Below, piece after piece: positions 39,627 through 50,513 of a DNA stretch of 50,513 bases (within the stretch, counting starts at the first letter, position 1; each line of letters starts with the position of its first letter). The stretch lies in NCBI GenBank assembly GCA_002269645.1, contig NIVC01002016.1:162336-212848 (forward strand), given 5' to 3'. Under the pieces are notes generated by a model. That model saw nothing but the letters and a program-made list of their open reading frames with translations. It searched no databases and was not told where the DNA came from. The stretch comes from Macrostomum lignano. Its lineage: Eukaryota. A program made the translations under genes and the position numbers.

Positions 39627-40852
39627 TCTATGGTAAATCTACGTAAAAACATTCAGAACTCAAGTCGGACACAATTGTAATGCTACTGTCTATGGTAAAT
39701 CTGGGTAGAAACATCCAAAACTCAAGACAGACACAACTGTAATGCTACTGTCTATGGTAAATCTGGGTAGAAACATCCAAAACTCAAGTCGGACACAACT
39801 GTAATGCTACTGTCTATGGTAAATCTGGGTAGAAACATCCAAAACTCAAGACGGACACAATTGTAATGCTACTGTCTATGGTAAATCTGGGTAGAAACAT
39901 CCAAAACTCAAGTCGGACACAATTGTAATGCTACTGTCTATGGTAAATCTGGGTAGAAACATCCAAAACTCAAGACAGACACAACTGTAATGCTACTGTC
40001 TATGGTAAATCTGGGTAGAAACATCCAAAACTCAAGACAGACACAACTGTAATGCTACTGTCTATGGTAAATCTGGGTAGAAACATCCAAAACTCAAGTC
40101 GGACACAACTGTAATGCTACTGTCTATGGTAAATCTGGGTAGAAACATCCAAAACTCAAGACGGACACAATTGTAATGCTACTGTCTATGGTAAATCTTT
40201 GTAGAAACATTCAGAACTCAAGACGGACACAACTGTAATGTATACTGTCTATGGTAAATCTTGGTAGAAACATTCAAAACTCAAGACAGACACAACTGTA
40301 ATGCTACTGTCTATGGTAAATCTTTGTAGAAACATTCAGAACTCAAGACGGACACAACTGTAATGTATACTGTCTATGGTAAATCTTTGTAGAAACATTC
40401 AAAACTCAAGACAGACACAACTGTAATGCTACTGTCTATGATAAATCTTGGTAGAAACATTCAGAACTCAAGATGGACACAACTGAAATGCTACTGTCTA
40501 TGGTAAATCTTGGTAGAAACATTCAGAACTCAAGATGGACACAACTGAAATGCTACTGTCTATGGTAAATCTTTGTAGAAACATTCAGAACTCAAGATGG
40601 ACACAACTGTAATGCTACTGTCTATGGTAAATCTTTGTAGAAACATCCAGAACTCAAGACAGGCACAACTGTAATGCTACTGTCTATGGTAAATCTTGGT
40701 AGAAACATTCAGAACTCAAGTCGGACACAACTGTAATGCTACTGTCTATGGTAAATCTTTGTAGAAACATTCAGAACTCAAGATGGACACAACTGTAATG
40801 CTACTGTCTATGGTAAATCTTGGTAGAAACATCCAGAACTCAAGACAGGCAT
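39627..40852. repeat. 62-bp minisatellite
   Basis: TCTATGGTAAATCTGGGTAGAAACATCCAAAACTCAAGACAGACACAACTGTAATGCTACTG, about 20 copies (unit starts at 39689, 39751 and onward). Confidence 0.97.
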
Positions 40853-41334
40853 ATGAACTCGTGCAGAGCAATGCGTCAGACAAAGTCGGTCAAACAGATC
40901 GGGGTACGCTATTAGATTTAGGACGCTCGATTGGTAGCTACTGAAAGCCTGCAAGATAAATTGACACGATTTGAGCACAGTTGGAGCTTAACAACCTACA
41001 GCCGGACGCGCCTGTCCGACTTTTGAATTGATCTGTTCGCGGCGGTGAGACGCGTCAAGCCAAATAATTAGTGTATGTAGTCTTCTGTGCGTGCATGCTA
41101 ATTAACACTTTCTACCCTCGTCTACCGCTGCTGGGACTGTGAATTTCAGCTGTTTTTAATAGCCAAAGTCCGTCTGTCCCTTGCTAGGGTTTATGTATTA
41201 GACTTTTTCAGCCATCTCAATTATATTTGGTAGTATTTAACTCTGTTAGGCCACTGTAACTTATCTTATCAAGTGAAAATTGCTCTGCACAATGCACTTA
41301 ACTATCATAACAAGACAGGCGAAACTGATTCAAG

Positions 41335-41778
41335 CAAGGGGAGATGGGGAGTAGACACGTGGATAAGAGACAGAGATGGGGAATAGACACGGGAAGGAGA
41401 GACAGAGATGGGGAATAGAGACGGGAAGGAGAGACAGAGATGGGGAGTAGACACGGGGAGGAGAGACAGAGCTGGGGAATAGACACGGGGAGGAGAGACA
41501 GAGATGGGGAATAGACACGGGAAAGAGAGACAGAGATGGGGAATAGAGACGGTAAGGAGAGACAGAGATGGGGAGTAGACACGGGGAGGAGAGACAGAGA
41601 TGGGGAATAGACACGGGAAAGAGAGACAGAGATGGGGAATAGAGACGGTAAGGAGAGACAGAGATGGGGAGTAGACACGGGAAGGAGAGACAGAGATGGG
41701 GAGTAGACACGGGGAGGAGAGACAGAGATGGGGAGTAGACACGGGGAGGAGAGACAGAGCTGGGGAATAGACACGTCG
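41335..41778. repeat. 32-bp purine-rich minisatellite
   Basis: GAGACAGAGATGGGGAGTAGACACGGGGAGGA, about 13 copies. Confidence 0.95.
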
Positions 41779-42569
41779 AGGAGAGATCGATCATGTGTCA
41801 GCCGCCGCATACCGTATTTGGAACGCGCCTGCCGCAACCGCCCAGGTTGCCAGACAAAAACTAGGCGGACATTGTTAAGCCCAGAGAATCCAGTGAGCCA
41901 TTTGAATTACTGCCTACCTACATGAATGCTGCATGTATCTGAGAGATATATTGCAATACCTGTATACCACTTGACGAACACAATTATGTGCAATCAAAAA
42001 ATGGTCTGTTCTGCTGTTATGACAAGTTTGTACTTCTAAAGCATTGTTTACATGCGCTTGAGTGGCTTTATAAATCTACTTTGTCTATTTTGGTACACAT
42101 GGACTCGGCTGTCAGACGTCAGAACTGTCTGACGAGAATGAAGCCGTGCAGTTGGAGAGTGTTCTTGTTCTAGGAATTTCCCTATCTCACCGTCAAGGGG
42201 TTGCCTGCGGCGCTACCCAAATAGCTGACGAAAATAACATCAGCCCAAAGAAGCCCTGGGCTATAATTGCAGCTCTAACAATAGACATCAGCATCCCTAG
42301 CAGGTTTTGCCGGTTCGGGTACTGGTTAACTTGTCTTGCTGTCACATCCTGCGGCTCCCTTGAATATACTTCCCTGTTTTAATTAGGGGTTTTACGAGTA
42401 CCTTCGCATAAACTGATGCCTCTTTTTTGTTTAGCTTTTCCTCGATTGAGAGCCTCGGCGGTAAAGCACAAATAATTATGGGGTGTGTCTCTCATCTGTA
42501 CAGGTTCCCGCCAGCCTTGTCCGCCTGACGCTCTCACTGCAACAGCGAATTATTATTAACAGATAAAAA

Positions 42570-43474
<905 letters not shown>

Positions 43475-43557
43475 CGTGTATGTCTTTCTTTTGCAAAATT
43501 GCAATTTTTGGCCGACATCATCACTTTCGCATGCTCTTACATCAATTACATCATATC

Positions 43558-43715
43558 TGTTGTGGGTTGATGGCTTTGCCATAGACATTTTTGTTACGCG
43601 ACTGCGTTGATGAATTGAACCATGCTATTGAGTTTTGAAATAAAGGATAGACGCGTCAGAGGTCAGCAGACCGCTAGACTGACAATTGCTAAAGGCTAAA
43701 GCCAAAAGCACAACA
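43558..43715 (+). repeat. 5' LTR (158 bp)
   Basis: TGTTGTGGG...CACAACA, direct repeat of 47708-47864. Confidence 0.96.
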
Positions 43716-43716
43716 G

Positions 43717-43734
43717 TGGCGTCGGCAAGCATAG
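43717..43734 (+). promoter_or_regulatory. Primer-binding site
   Basis: TGGCGTCGGCAAGCATAG begins 1 nt after the 5' LTR; TGG pairs with the tRNA CCA end. Cognate tRNA not determined. Confidence 0.75.
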
Positions 43735-43743
43735 ACTACGAAA

Positions 43744-46686
43744 ATGCCTGGAAGTACGCCAGCATCGCCAACTAAAGGAGTTGGTAAAACGGTTTCGAGC
43801 GACAAAGCACCACCGCTTGCGATCTCGTCGAAATCAGTCCAAGCGACAAAGTCGGCAACAGCGACAGCGCAGAACCCAAGCGCACAAGTATCGAGAGGAC
43901 AGCAAGTTGACATCGAAAAACTCGATGAAAGTTCGAACTTCCAGAGGTGGTTGGACCGATTCACACTGTGCAGCGAACTCAACGGCTGGCAGGACGACAC
44001 GAAAAACAAGCTGCTGCTGATGAAGCTCAGCACCAAGCTGTACGACGCATTGGCAGATCGAGCCGCTCCCAAGAAGCCGGGAGAAAAGAGCTTCGATGAA
44101 CTGACCAAACTACTGGCCAGCATCCTGGAACAAAAGACGTTCGTCATGGCTGAGAGATTCAATTTCCAGCATATCACTCGCACGGCATCAATGAGCATTC
44201 GTGAGTATGCACAGCAACTCTGCATGCAAGCAGACAAGTGTCAGTTTGGCCTATCCAGAGATGAGAGACTGAGAGATCAGCTCGTATTCGGTTTGAATGA
44301 CAAGGTGGCCATCAGCAAGTTATTGGAACAGGACTTCAGCACTCTCACATTTGAGACAGCTATCAACATCGCTGAGGCGCACCAGAACCTATCACAAACG
44401 CAAATACTAAAAGGTTGCACCAGTCAGCCGCAGTCTTCTGAAGTAATGAAAATTTCAGCATCGGTGGCCAGAGGCTCCCACTCTACAAGCTCCAAGTGTG
44501 GCAGATGTGGCACGATGCATGGCTCCAATGGAGGGTGTCCTGCGAAAGGAAAAACGTGCAACAAATGTGGCATGCAAAACCACTTCGCAACAGTTTGCAA
44601 AACGAAATCAACTGGTTTTGGCAAAGGCCGAAAATCGTTCAAAAGCCCGTCAGCATCTGGTCAATTTAGGCGAGCTGCAGTGTGGCCAAGGACCACAAGC
44701 TTTGTAGATGCAAGCGAAGCTGAACAGGAGGATTTTTTTCACATTCGACATCCCGTTGATAGCTACACCGTGCCTGTTAGGCTCAGACACACGAGCGGGT
44801 CGATGCCTAGCGTGAACGCACAAATCGATACTGGGGCAGGAGTTTCGGTAATGTCAAAAACGATCTGGAAACGATTGGGTTGTCCAAAGCTGACACCTAC
44901 AGACACTGTTCTGACAACATACGCTGATACGCAGATGAAGGTCTTTGGAACACACGAAACTGAGTTGGAGTACAATGACGAGTTCATTCCAATCACATTC
45001 TTCATTGTGGAATCGCAGAGGAACTTTGTTCTGGTTGGCCGAGACAAGCTCAATTTCACGCTAAACGCTGTAGACAACAGCTGCACATCGGCAACCCAGT
45101 CATGCGAATTTCCACCAGTAACTCTTAAGATCAAGGAAGGAACCACTCCAATTCATTGCAAACCCAGGCCGCTACCCTTCGCACTCAGACAGGGAGTCAA
45201 GGATGAAATCGATCGGTTGCTTGAAGAAGACACCATCAAGCCCGTCAAGTTCAGTGAATGGGCCTCACCAATTGTCGTGGTCAAGAAACCTTCTGGAAAG
45301 CTCAGACTTTGCGTCGACTACAAGGTGACAATCAATTCTCATCTTATCAACGATTCATATCCGATGCCTGCACCTGACGAAGTGATTGCAACTGCTGCTG
45401 GCAGCCGGATATACACTCGTCTGGACCTAGAGAAAGCTTATCACCAGATCCCACTAGATGAAGCTTCCAAAGAGCTGACAGTAATGTCAACACCATTTGG
45501 GATGTTCGCTTTCAACAAGCTTCCCTTCGGAGTGAAAACAGCACCTGCGATCTTCCAGCGGTACATTAGCCAAGTCCTACAAGGAATTCCTGGCGTCATT
45601 GCCTACGTAGACGACATATTGATATGCGGCAAAGGCGTAGAACAATTGGCAGTTCGTGAGACGGAAGTATTGCATCGACTAAACCAGCAAGGATTGAAGA
45701 TCAACACGGCGAAAAGTGAATTCCGCAAGACTTCGATCAAGTTTCTAGGCTACTTATTGGAAGGAGATCAGCTCAAGCCGGACCCAGCCAAAGTGAAGGC
45801 AATCCAGGACATGACACCACCGCAGAACGTTGGCGAGCTTGAATCCTTCCTGGGTCTCGTAAATTTTAGCGGCAAGTTCATCAGAAACCTAGCTGCACTG
45901 ACCAAGCCTCTCAATCGACTAAGAAAGAAAAATGAGGACTTCGTGTGGACAAAGAAGTGTCAAATAGCATTTGACGAAATCAAGGTCACTCTCTCTGATC
46001 AATCGAGTCTTCAAATATTTGATCCGGAGAAGCCCATTGAACTGGAATGCGACAGTTCTCAGCGAGCTCTGGGCGGAGTGTTGACACAAAGCGGTCAAGT
46101 CGTGCTGTACATGAGCAAAACTCTGTCTGACGCCGAAACAAAATATTCGCAAATAGAGCGTGAAGGCCTGGCACTGGTTTGGTGCATTCAAAGATGCCAT
46201 CGGTTCTTGTATGGCCGGAGGTTCACACTGATAACTGATCACCGGCCCCTCACATACATATTCGCGCCAGACAAACAGCTGCCCACCAGAGTTTCAGCTC
46301 GACTACAACAATGGGCAATCATACTAGCTGCTTATGACTATGACATACAGTATCGACCATCAAAGCTAATGCTGTCGGATGCGCTATCTCGACTTGTGCC
46401 CGCTAAGCCGAATGCACAGACAGCATCGATCGGACTCCTCGAAGCTGACAACCCGGGAGTAATTCAGCTGGATCGAATTGCACACGCAACCAGAGAGGAC
46501 CCGGAGTTCAGATGCCTGGGCGCAGCCATAATTAACAATAATCTATTTGACGACCCACAGCTAACTGTCAATGATGGAATTATTTACAGAATGAACAGAT
46601 TTGTATTGCCTCGTGTCCTGAGAGAAACTGCCCTGGCAGCTGTACACTCAACGCACCTTGGGTGGAAAAGTCAAAGTCGATTTTGA
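43744..46686 (+). CDS. Gag-Pol polyprotein (gag with CCHC knuckles, protease, RT, RNase H, start of integrase)
   Basis: CGRCGTMH..C and CNKCGMQNHFATVC; IDTGAGVSVM; RLCVDY, YVDD; ECDSS, DHRPL; HSTHLG. Confidence 0.95.
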   Translation: MPGSTPASPTKGVGKTVSSDKAPPLAISSKSVQATKSATATAQNPSAQVSRGQQVDIEKLDESSNFQRWLDRFTLCSELNGWQDDTKNKLLLMKLSTKLYDALADRAAPKKPGEKSFDELTKLLASILEQKTFVMAERFNFQHITRTASMSIREYAQQLCMQADKCQFGLSRDERLRDQLVFGLNDKVAISKLLEQDFSTLTFETAINIAEAHQNLSQTQILKGCTSQPQSSEVMKISASVARGSHSTSSKCGRCGTMHGSNGGCPAKGKTCNKCGMQNHFATVCKTKSTGFGKGRKSFKSPSASGQFRRAAVWPRTTSFVDASEAEQEDFFHIRHPVDSYTVPVRLRHTSGSMPSVNAQIDTGAGVSVMSKTIWKRLGCPKLTPTDTVLTTYADTQMKVFGTHETELEYNDEFIPITFFIVESQRNFVLVGRDKLNFTLNAVDNSCTSATQSCEFPPVTLKIKEGTTPIHCKPRPLPFALRQGVKDEIDRLLEEDTIKPVKFSEWASPIVVVKKPSGKLRLCVDYKVTINSHLINDSYPMPAPDEVIATAAGSRIYTRLDLEKAYHQIPLDEASKELTVMSTPFGMFAFNKLPFGVKTAPAIFQRYISQVLQGIPGVIAYVDDILICGKGVEQLAVRETEVLHRLNQQGLKINTAKSEFRKTSIKFLGYLLEGDQLKPDPAKVKAIQDMTPPQNVGELESFLGLVNFSGKFIRNLAALTKPLNRLRKKNEDFVWTKKCQIAFDEIKVTLSDQSSLQIFDPEKPIELECDSSQRALGGVLTQSGQVVLYMSKTLSDAETKYSQIEREGLALVWCIQRCHRFLYGRRFTLITDHRPLTYIFAPDKQLPTRVSARLQQWAIILAAYDYDIQYRPSKLMLSDALSRLVPAKPNAQTASIGLLEADNPGVIQLDRIAHATREDPEFRCLGAAIINNNLFDDPQLTVNDGIIYRMNRFVLPRVLRETALAAVHSTHLGWKSQSRF

Positions 46687-47675
46687 GGGAACAGTTCTGG
46701 TGGCCACAGATGGACCGTGACATCGCTGACTACATTGGACGATGCAACGTGTGCAACGCGTGCAAGTCCAGAAATAAGAACTTTCGGCACTCGCGGCCAG
46801 AACCAGACAACCCCTGGGAGCGAGTGCACATTGATTTTGCCGGTCCGATAGAGGGCAAGTACCTACTCATCATTGTGGATGCGCACTCGAGCTACCCGGA
46901 AGTCTTCATCACGAGCGACATGAAGGCCGACACAGTCATTTCCAGACTTAGAAGATTGTTCTCACAACAGGGGGTGCCCAAGTGTCTCGTGTCAGACAAC
47001 GGCCCTAGTTTTGTGAGCGAAGCGGTGACCGGCTGGCTCACCCAGATTGGCTGTTCGCACATCACAACGCCCGCCTACCATCCACAGAGCAACGGCATTG
47101 CAGAGCGAATGGTGCGAACCGTCAAAGAGACAATCAAGACCAATGGTTTATCCCAAAGAAGTATTGACAGATTTCTACTGTTCTACAGAGCTGCCAAAGG
47201 GAAGCAGCAAGCATCACCGTCCGAGTTGTTGAACGGCAGACAAATAAGACTCCCCATCTCGGAGAGCAGCACTCAGTCCAAGTGGATCCCAGGAGAATCA
47301 CTCATCTACCGTGCATCGAGTTCTCATGAGCCACGAACTGTGAGATTCGCCAAAATGCTTGGCAGCAACACAGCAGTCGTCACCACAGAGACTGGACGAA
47401 ATCTAAAGACCCACCTCGATCAACTACGAATCGGTGAGGTACCTGAGGCTCACGGAATTACGGAAATGGGGGATTCCAAGCCCGGTGGCAACGGTCCAAG
47501 TGACGACGGCCAACAGACGCGTCCGTCATCGACAGACACTGAGATACTACCGGGAACAGAACAAGCTGAGAGAGCACAACAGCAACAGACTGAGGCCGGA
47601 GTTCAATCCAAGCCGTCACCCAGGCGAAGCGAACGCTTGGCCAAGAAAAGTAGAATTTTTATCGCACCTGAGTGA
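46662..47675 (+). CDS. Integrase (continuation of pol after a 1-nt frameshift near 46660)
   Basis: FWWPQM..CNVC zinc-binding half; RVHIDFAGP, VSDNGPSF and PQSNGIAER (DDE triad). One extra G would give HLG-VEKSK in frame. Confidence 0.93.
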   Translation: MEKSKSILREQFWWPQMDRDIADYIGRCNVCNACKSRNKNFRHSRPEPDNPWERVHIDFAGPIEGKYLLIIVDAHSSYPEVFITSDMKADTVISRLRRLFSQQGVPKCLVSDNGPSFVSEAVTGWLTQIGCSHITTPAYHPQSNGIAERMVRTVKETIKTNGLSQRSIDRFLLFYRAAKGKQQASPSELLNGRQIRLPISESSTQSKWIPGESLIYRASSSHEPRTVRFAKMLGSNTAVVTTETGRNLKTHLDQLRIGEVPEAHGITEMGDSKPGGNGPSDDGQQTRPSSTDTEILPGTEQAERAQQQQTEAGVQSKPSPRRSERLAKKSRIFIAPE

Positions 47676-47692
47676 TAATTGTACACCTACCT

Positions 47693-47707
47693 ATAGAAGA
47701 GGGAGGG
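47693..47707 (+). promoter_or_regulatory. Polypurine tract
   Basis: ATAGAAGAGGGAGGG directly before the 3' LTR. Confidence 0.85.
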
Positions 47708-47864
47708 TGTTGTGGGTTGATGGCTTTGCCATAGACATTTTTTTACGCGACTGCGTTGATGAATTGAACTATGCTATTGAGTTATGAAATAAATGATAGA
47801 CGCGTCAGAGGTCAACAGACCGCTAGACTGACAATTGCCAAAGGCTAAAGCCAAAAGCACAACA
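47708..47864 (+). repeat. 3' LTR (157 bp)
   Basis: Differs from the 5' LTR by 5 substitutions and 1 indel (manual count). Confidence 0.96.
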
Positions 47865-48379
47865 ATATCATACATCATATATTACATCATCACTTTCGCA
47901 TGCTCTTAAACCTTCATACATGTACGATTAATTATGCCTCTCAGTAACAGCTACAGCTTTATTGTTATTAAAAGCTACATGAATATATACATACCATTTA
48001 CTCTCCTAAAGCTGAAAACTCAAAAGTGCTGAGTTGATTAATGAAGCCTTTTTCAGAGGCCAAAGCCTTTTCGTTATTTATAACGCAATGACACAATGAC
48101 TCTATCCTTTTTCCCTCTCTCCAAAGAGCACCCAAGTCTCTTGTGAAAGATAATTTACTAAATCTGAATGAATGCTAACATACAGCATAACTGCTTGATT
48201 AAACTTTGACAACTGACGCACAGGAAGTCCGTTTTTTGGCTGGAGGTGAAAGTCTGAATAGGCTGAGGCTACCGGCTATGCCCCCGACACCACAATAAAA
48301 GGGACTTTTCTCCTTTCTTAGCTTCCATCTCTCACCGTTGGCTGTCACATAACACAGCCAGTTCACGCCAGCCAAGAAC

Positions 48380-48755
48380 CAAGGACTCCCAAGATACACT
48401 TCAAGTCAATGGACTCCCAAAATACATTTCCAGTCCAGTCCACTCCACTCCAAAAATACACGTTTAGTCCAAGGACTAACAGATATTTCTAGTCCAAAGA
48501 TAAAAAAATAAATTTCTAGTCCAAAGACTCCCAAAATACATTTCCAGTCCAAGAACTTCCAAATTACATTGCCAGTTCAAGGACTCCCAAAATACGTTTT
48601 TAAACTTAAGAACTCCCAAAAAACACTTTTAGTCCAAGAACTTCAAAAATACATTTCCAGTCCGAGGACTCCTAAAATATGTTTTCAATTCAAGAACTTA
48701 CAAAATACACTTCTAGTCCAAGGACTTCCAAAAAACTTCTAAACCAAGGACTAGA
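48380..48755. repeat. Degenerate ~29-bp tandem repeat
   Basis: Recurring TTCCAGTCCAAGGACTCCCAAAATACAT-like units. Confidence 0.75.
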
Positions 48756-49159
48756 ATGAATCCCGAAAAAGCTCGTATTCCCAGACTCGGAAGGCAGGCC
48801 ATTGCATCTCGATTAATCTCAATCTGCCACGAAACTGTCCTTGAACTCGAATTCGCCTTGAGCAAATGCCAGTTTTCCAACTGCTCATTTTAAGATTGAT
48901 TGCTTCAGTCGGATGCGAGAGAATTGAGGGGGGTCGCCAAAGGCACCCGAGGCAAACTAGCTCTCTCCTCCACCTGCAGCTTCCTGGCGTCCTTCGGTAT
49001 TTTTCCTTTGAGACTTAAGACTGACTGACTTTCTATCCACGAAGTGCACCACGAAGATCTTCACTTACTTTTCATAATTGTACTTGTCTTTAACCAAATT
49101 ATGTGAAAGCTGATCATCTGATGCTGAGCAGTTTAACCTATTGTTCATACTATTGAGCA

Positions 49160-50300
49160 GTAATTAGCTCATATGATTGAGCAGTCATTAGGCTATTAGC
49201 TCATATGATTGAGCAGTCATTAGCTCATATGATTGAGCAGTCATTAGCTCATATGATTGAGCAGTCATTAGCTCATATGATTGAGCAGTCATTAGGCTAT
49301 TAGCTCATATGATTGAGCAGTCATTAGCTCATATGATTGAGCAGTCATTAGCTCATATGATTGAGCAGTCATTAGCTCATATGATTGAGCAGTCATTAGC
49401 TCATATGATTGAGCAGTCATTAGCTCATATGATTGAGCAGTCATTAGGCTATTAGCTCATATGATTGAGCAGTCATTAGCTCATATGATTGAGCAGTCAT
49501 TAGCTCATATGATTGAGCAGTCATTAGCTCATATGATTGAGCAGTCATTAGGCTATTAGCTCATATGATTGAGCAGTCATTAGCTCATATGATTGAGCAG
49601 TCATTAGCTCATATGATTGAGCAGTCATTAGCTCATATGATTGAGCAGTCATTAGCTCATATGATTGAGCAGTCATTAGGCTATTAGCTCATATGATTGA
49701 GCAGTCATTAGCTCATATGATTGAGCAGTCATTAGCTCATATGATTGAGCAGTCATTAGCTCATATGATTGAGCAGTCGTTAGCTCATATGATTGAGCAG
49801 TCGTTAGCTCATATGATTGAGCAGTCATTAGACTATTAGCTCATATGATTGAGCAGTCATTAGCTCATATGATTGAGCAGTCATTAGCTCATATGATTGA
49901 GCAGTCATTAGCTCATATGATTGAGCAGTCATTAGCTCATATGATTGAGCAGTCATTAGCTCATATGATTGAGCAGTCGTTAGCTCATATGATTGAGCAG
50001 TCGTTAGCTCATATGATTGAGCAGTCATTAGACTATTAGCTCATATGATTGAGCAGTCATTAGCTCATATGATGAGCAGTCATTAGCTCATATGATTGAG
50101 CAGTCATTAGACTATTAGCTCATATGATTGAGCAGTCATTAGACTATTAGCTCATATGATTGAGCAGTCATTAGACTATTAGCTCATATGATTGAGCAGT
50201 CGTTAGCTCATATGATTGAGCAGTCATTAGCTCATATGATTGAGCAGTCGTTAGGCTATTAGCTCATATGATTGAGCAGTCGTTAGCTCATATGATTGAG
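49160..50300. repeat. 24-bp minisatellite with occasional 8-bp insertions
   Basis: TAGCTCATATGATTGAGCAGTCAT units with interspersed TAGGCTAT/TAGACTAT. Confidence 0.98.
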
Positions 50301-50513
50301 TTGCACACACGGGACACGCCTCATGAAATTTTCATTAATTTTGCTGAGCAGAAGAGATTATAGGATTTTCCAGACAGCTAGATATCTCTTTATTTCCCAT
50401 TGGGGCCACACCTTCTTACAGTATCTGATGTAGTTACACGGCTTCTCAGCCTTCTGCTTCATCCTTGTCGCGTTAATCCTGTCTTTGTTAATTTAATTAA
50501 TATGGAATTTTCA

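Larger units (their letters stand above)
43558..47864 (+). mobile_element. Ty3/Gypsy LTR retrotransposon (Mag/K02A2.6-like), near-intact
   Basis: TG..CA LTRs at 43558-43715 and 47708-47864; 5-bp TSD ATATC (43553-43557, 47865-47869); PBS; PPT; domain order gag-PR-RT-RH-IN. Confidence 0.97.

Noticed and set aside
46655-46670. Programmed ribosomal frameshift between RNase H and integrase
   Set aside because: It falls inside the integrase HHCC motif, not at a gag/pol boundary, and no slippery heptamer is present. A 1-nt deletion or assembly error is simpler.
48780-49060. Coding-like minus-strand stretch (LKGKIPKDARKLQVEER...)
   Set aside because: Interrupted by stops in all frames and no recognisable family.

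Overview
Eukaryotic (animal) genomic DNA: GC-rich exons separated by AT-rich, repeat-dense introns and spacers. The style resembles a Macrostomum-like flatworm; this is inference only. Host genes: class II ARF GTPase (+, exons 5924-6312 and 7350-7439; exon 1 not found, probably upstream), a coiled-coil plus death-domain gene (-, with two compensating frameshifts), an orphan type I membrane protein (-), KEOPS subunit Pcc1/LAGE3 (+), an orphan ~638-aa protein with degenerate, internally duplicated RRM-like domains (+) and a 6-finger C2H2 zinc-finger gene (+). Mobile DNA: a mariner relic; a full-length, intron-containing, decayed P element (1032-4368, 8-bp TSD) with related non-autonomous pieces; several TSD-flanked MITEs; Foldback/Mutator-like elements whose inverted termini are minisatellite arrays; and a near-intact Ty3/Gypsy LTR retrotransposon (43558-47864, 5-bp TSD). 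About fifteen mini- and microsatellite arrays explain most of the spurious ORFs. All calls come from reading the sequence by eye; no database searches were run.
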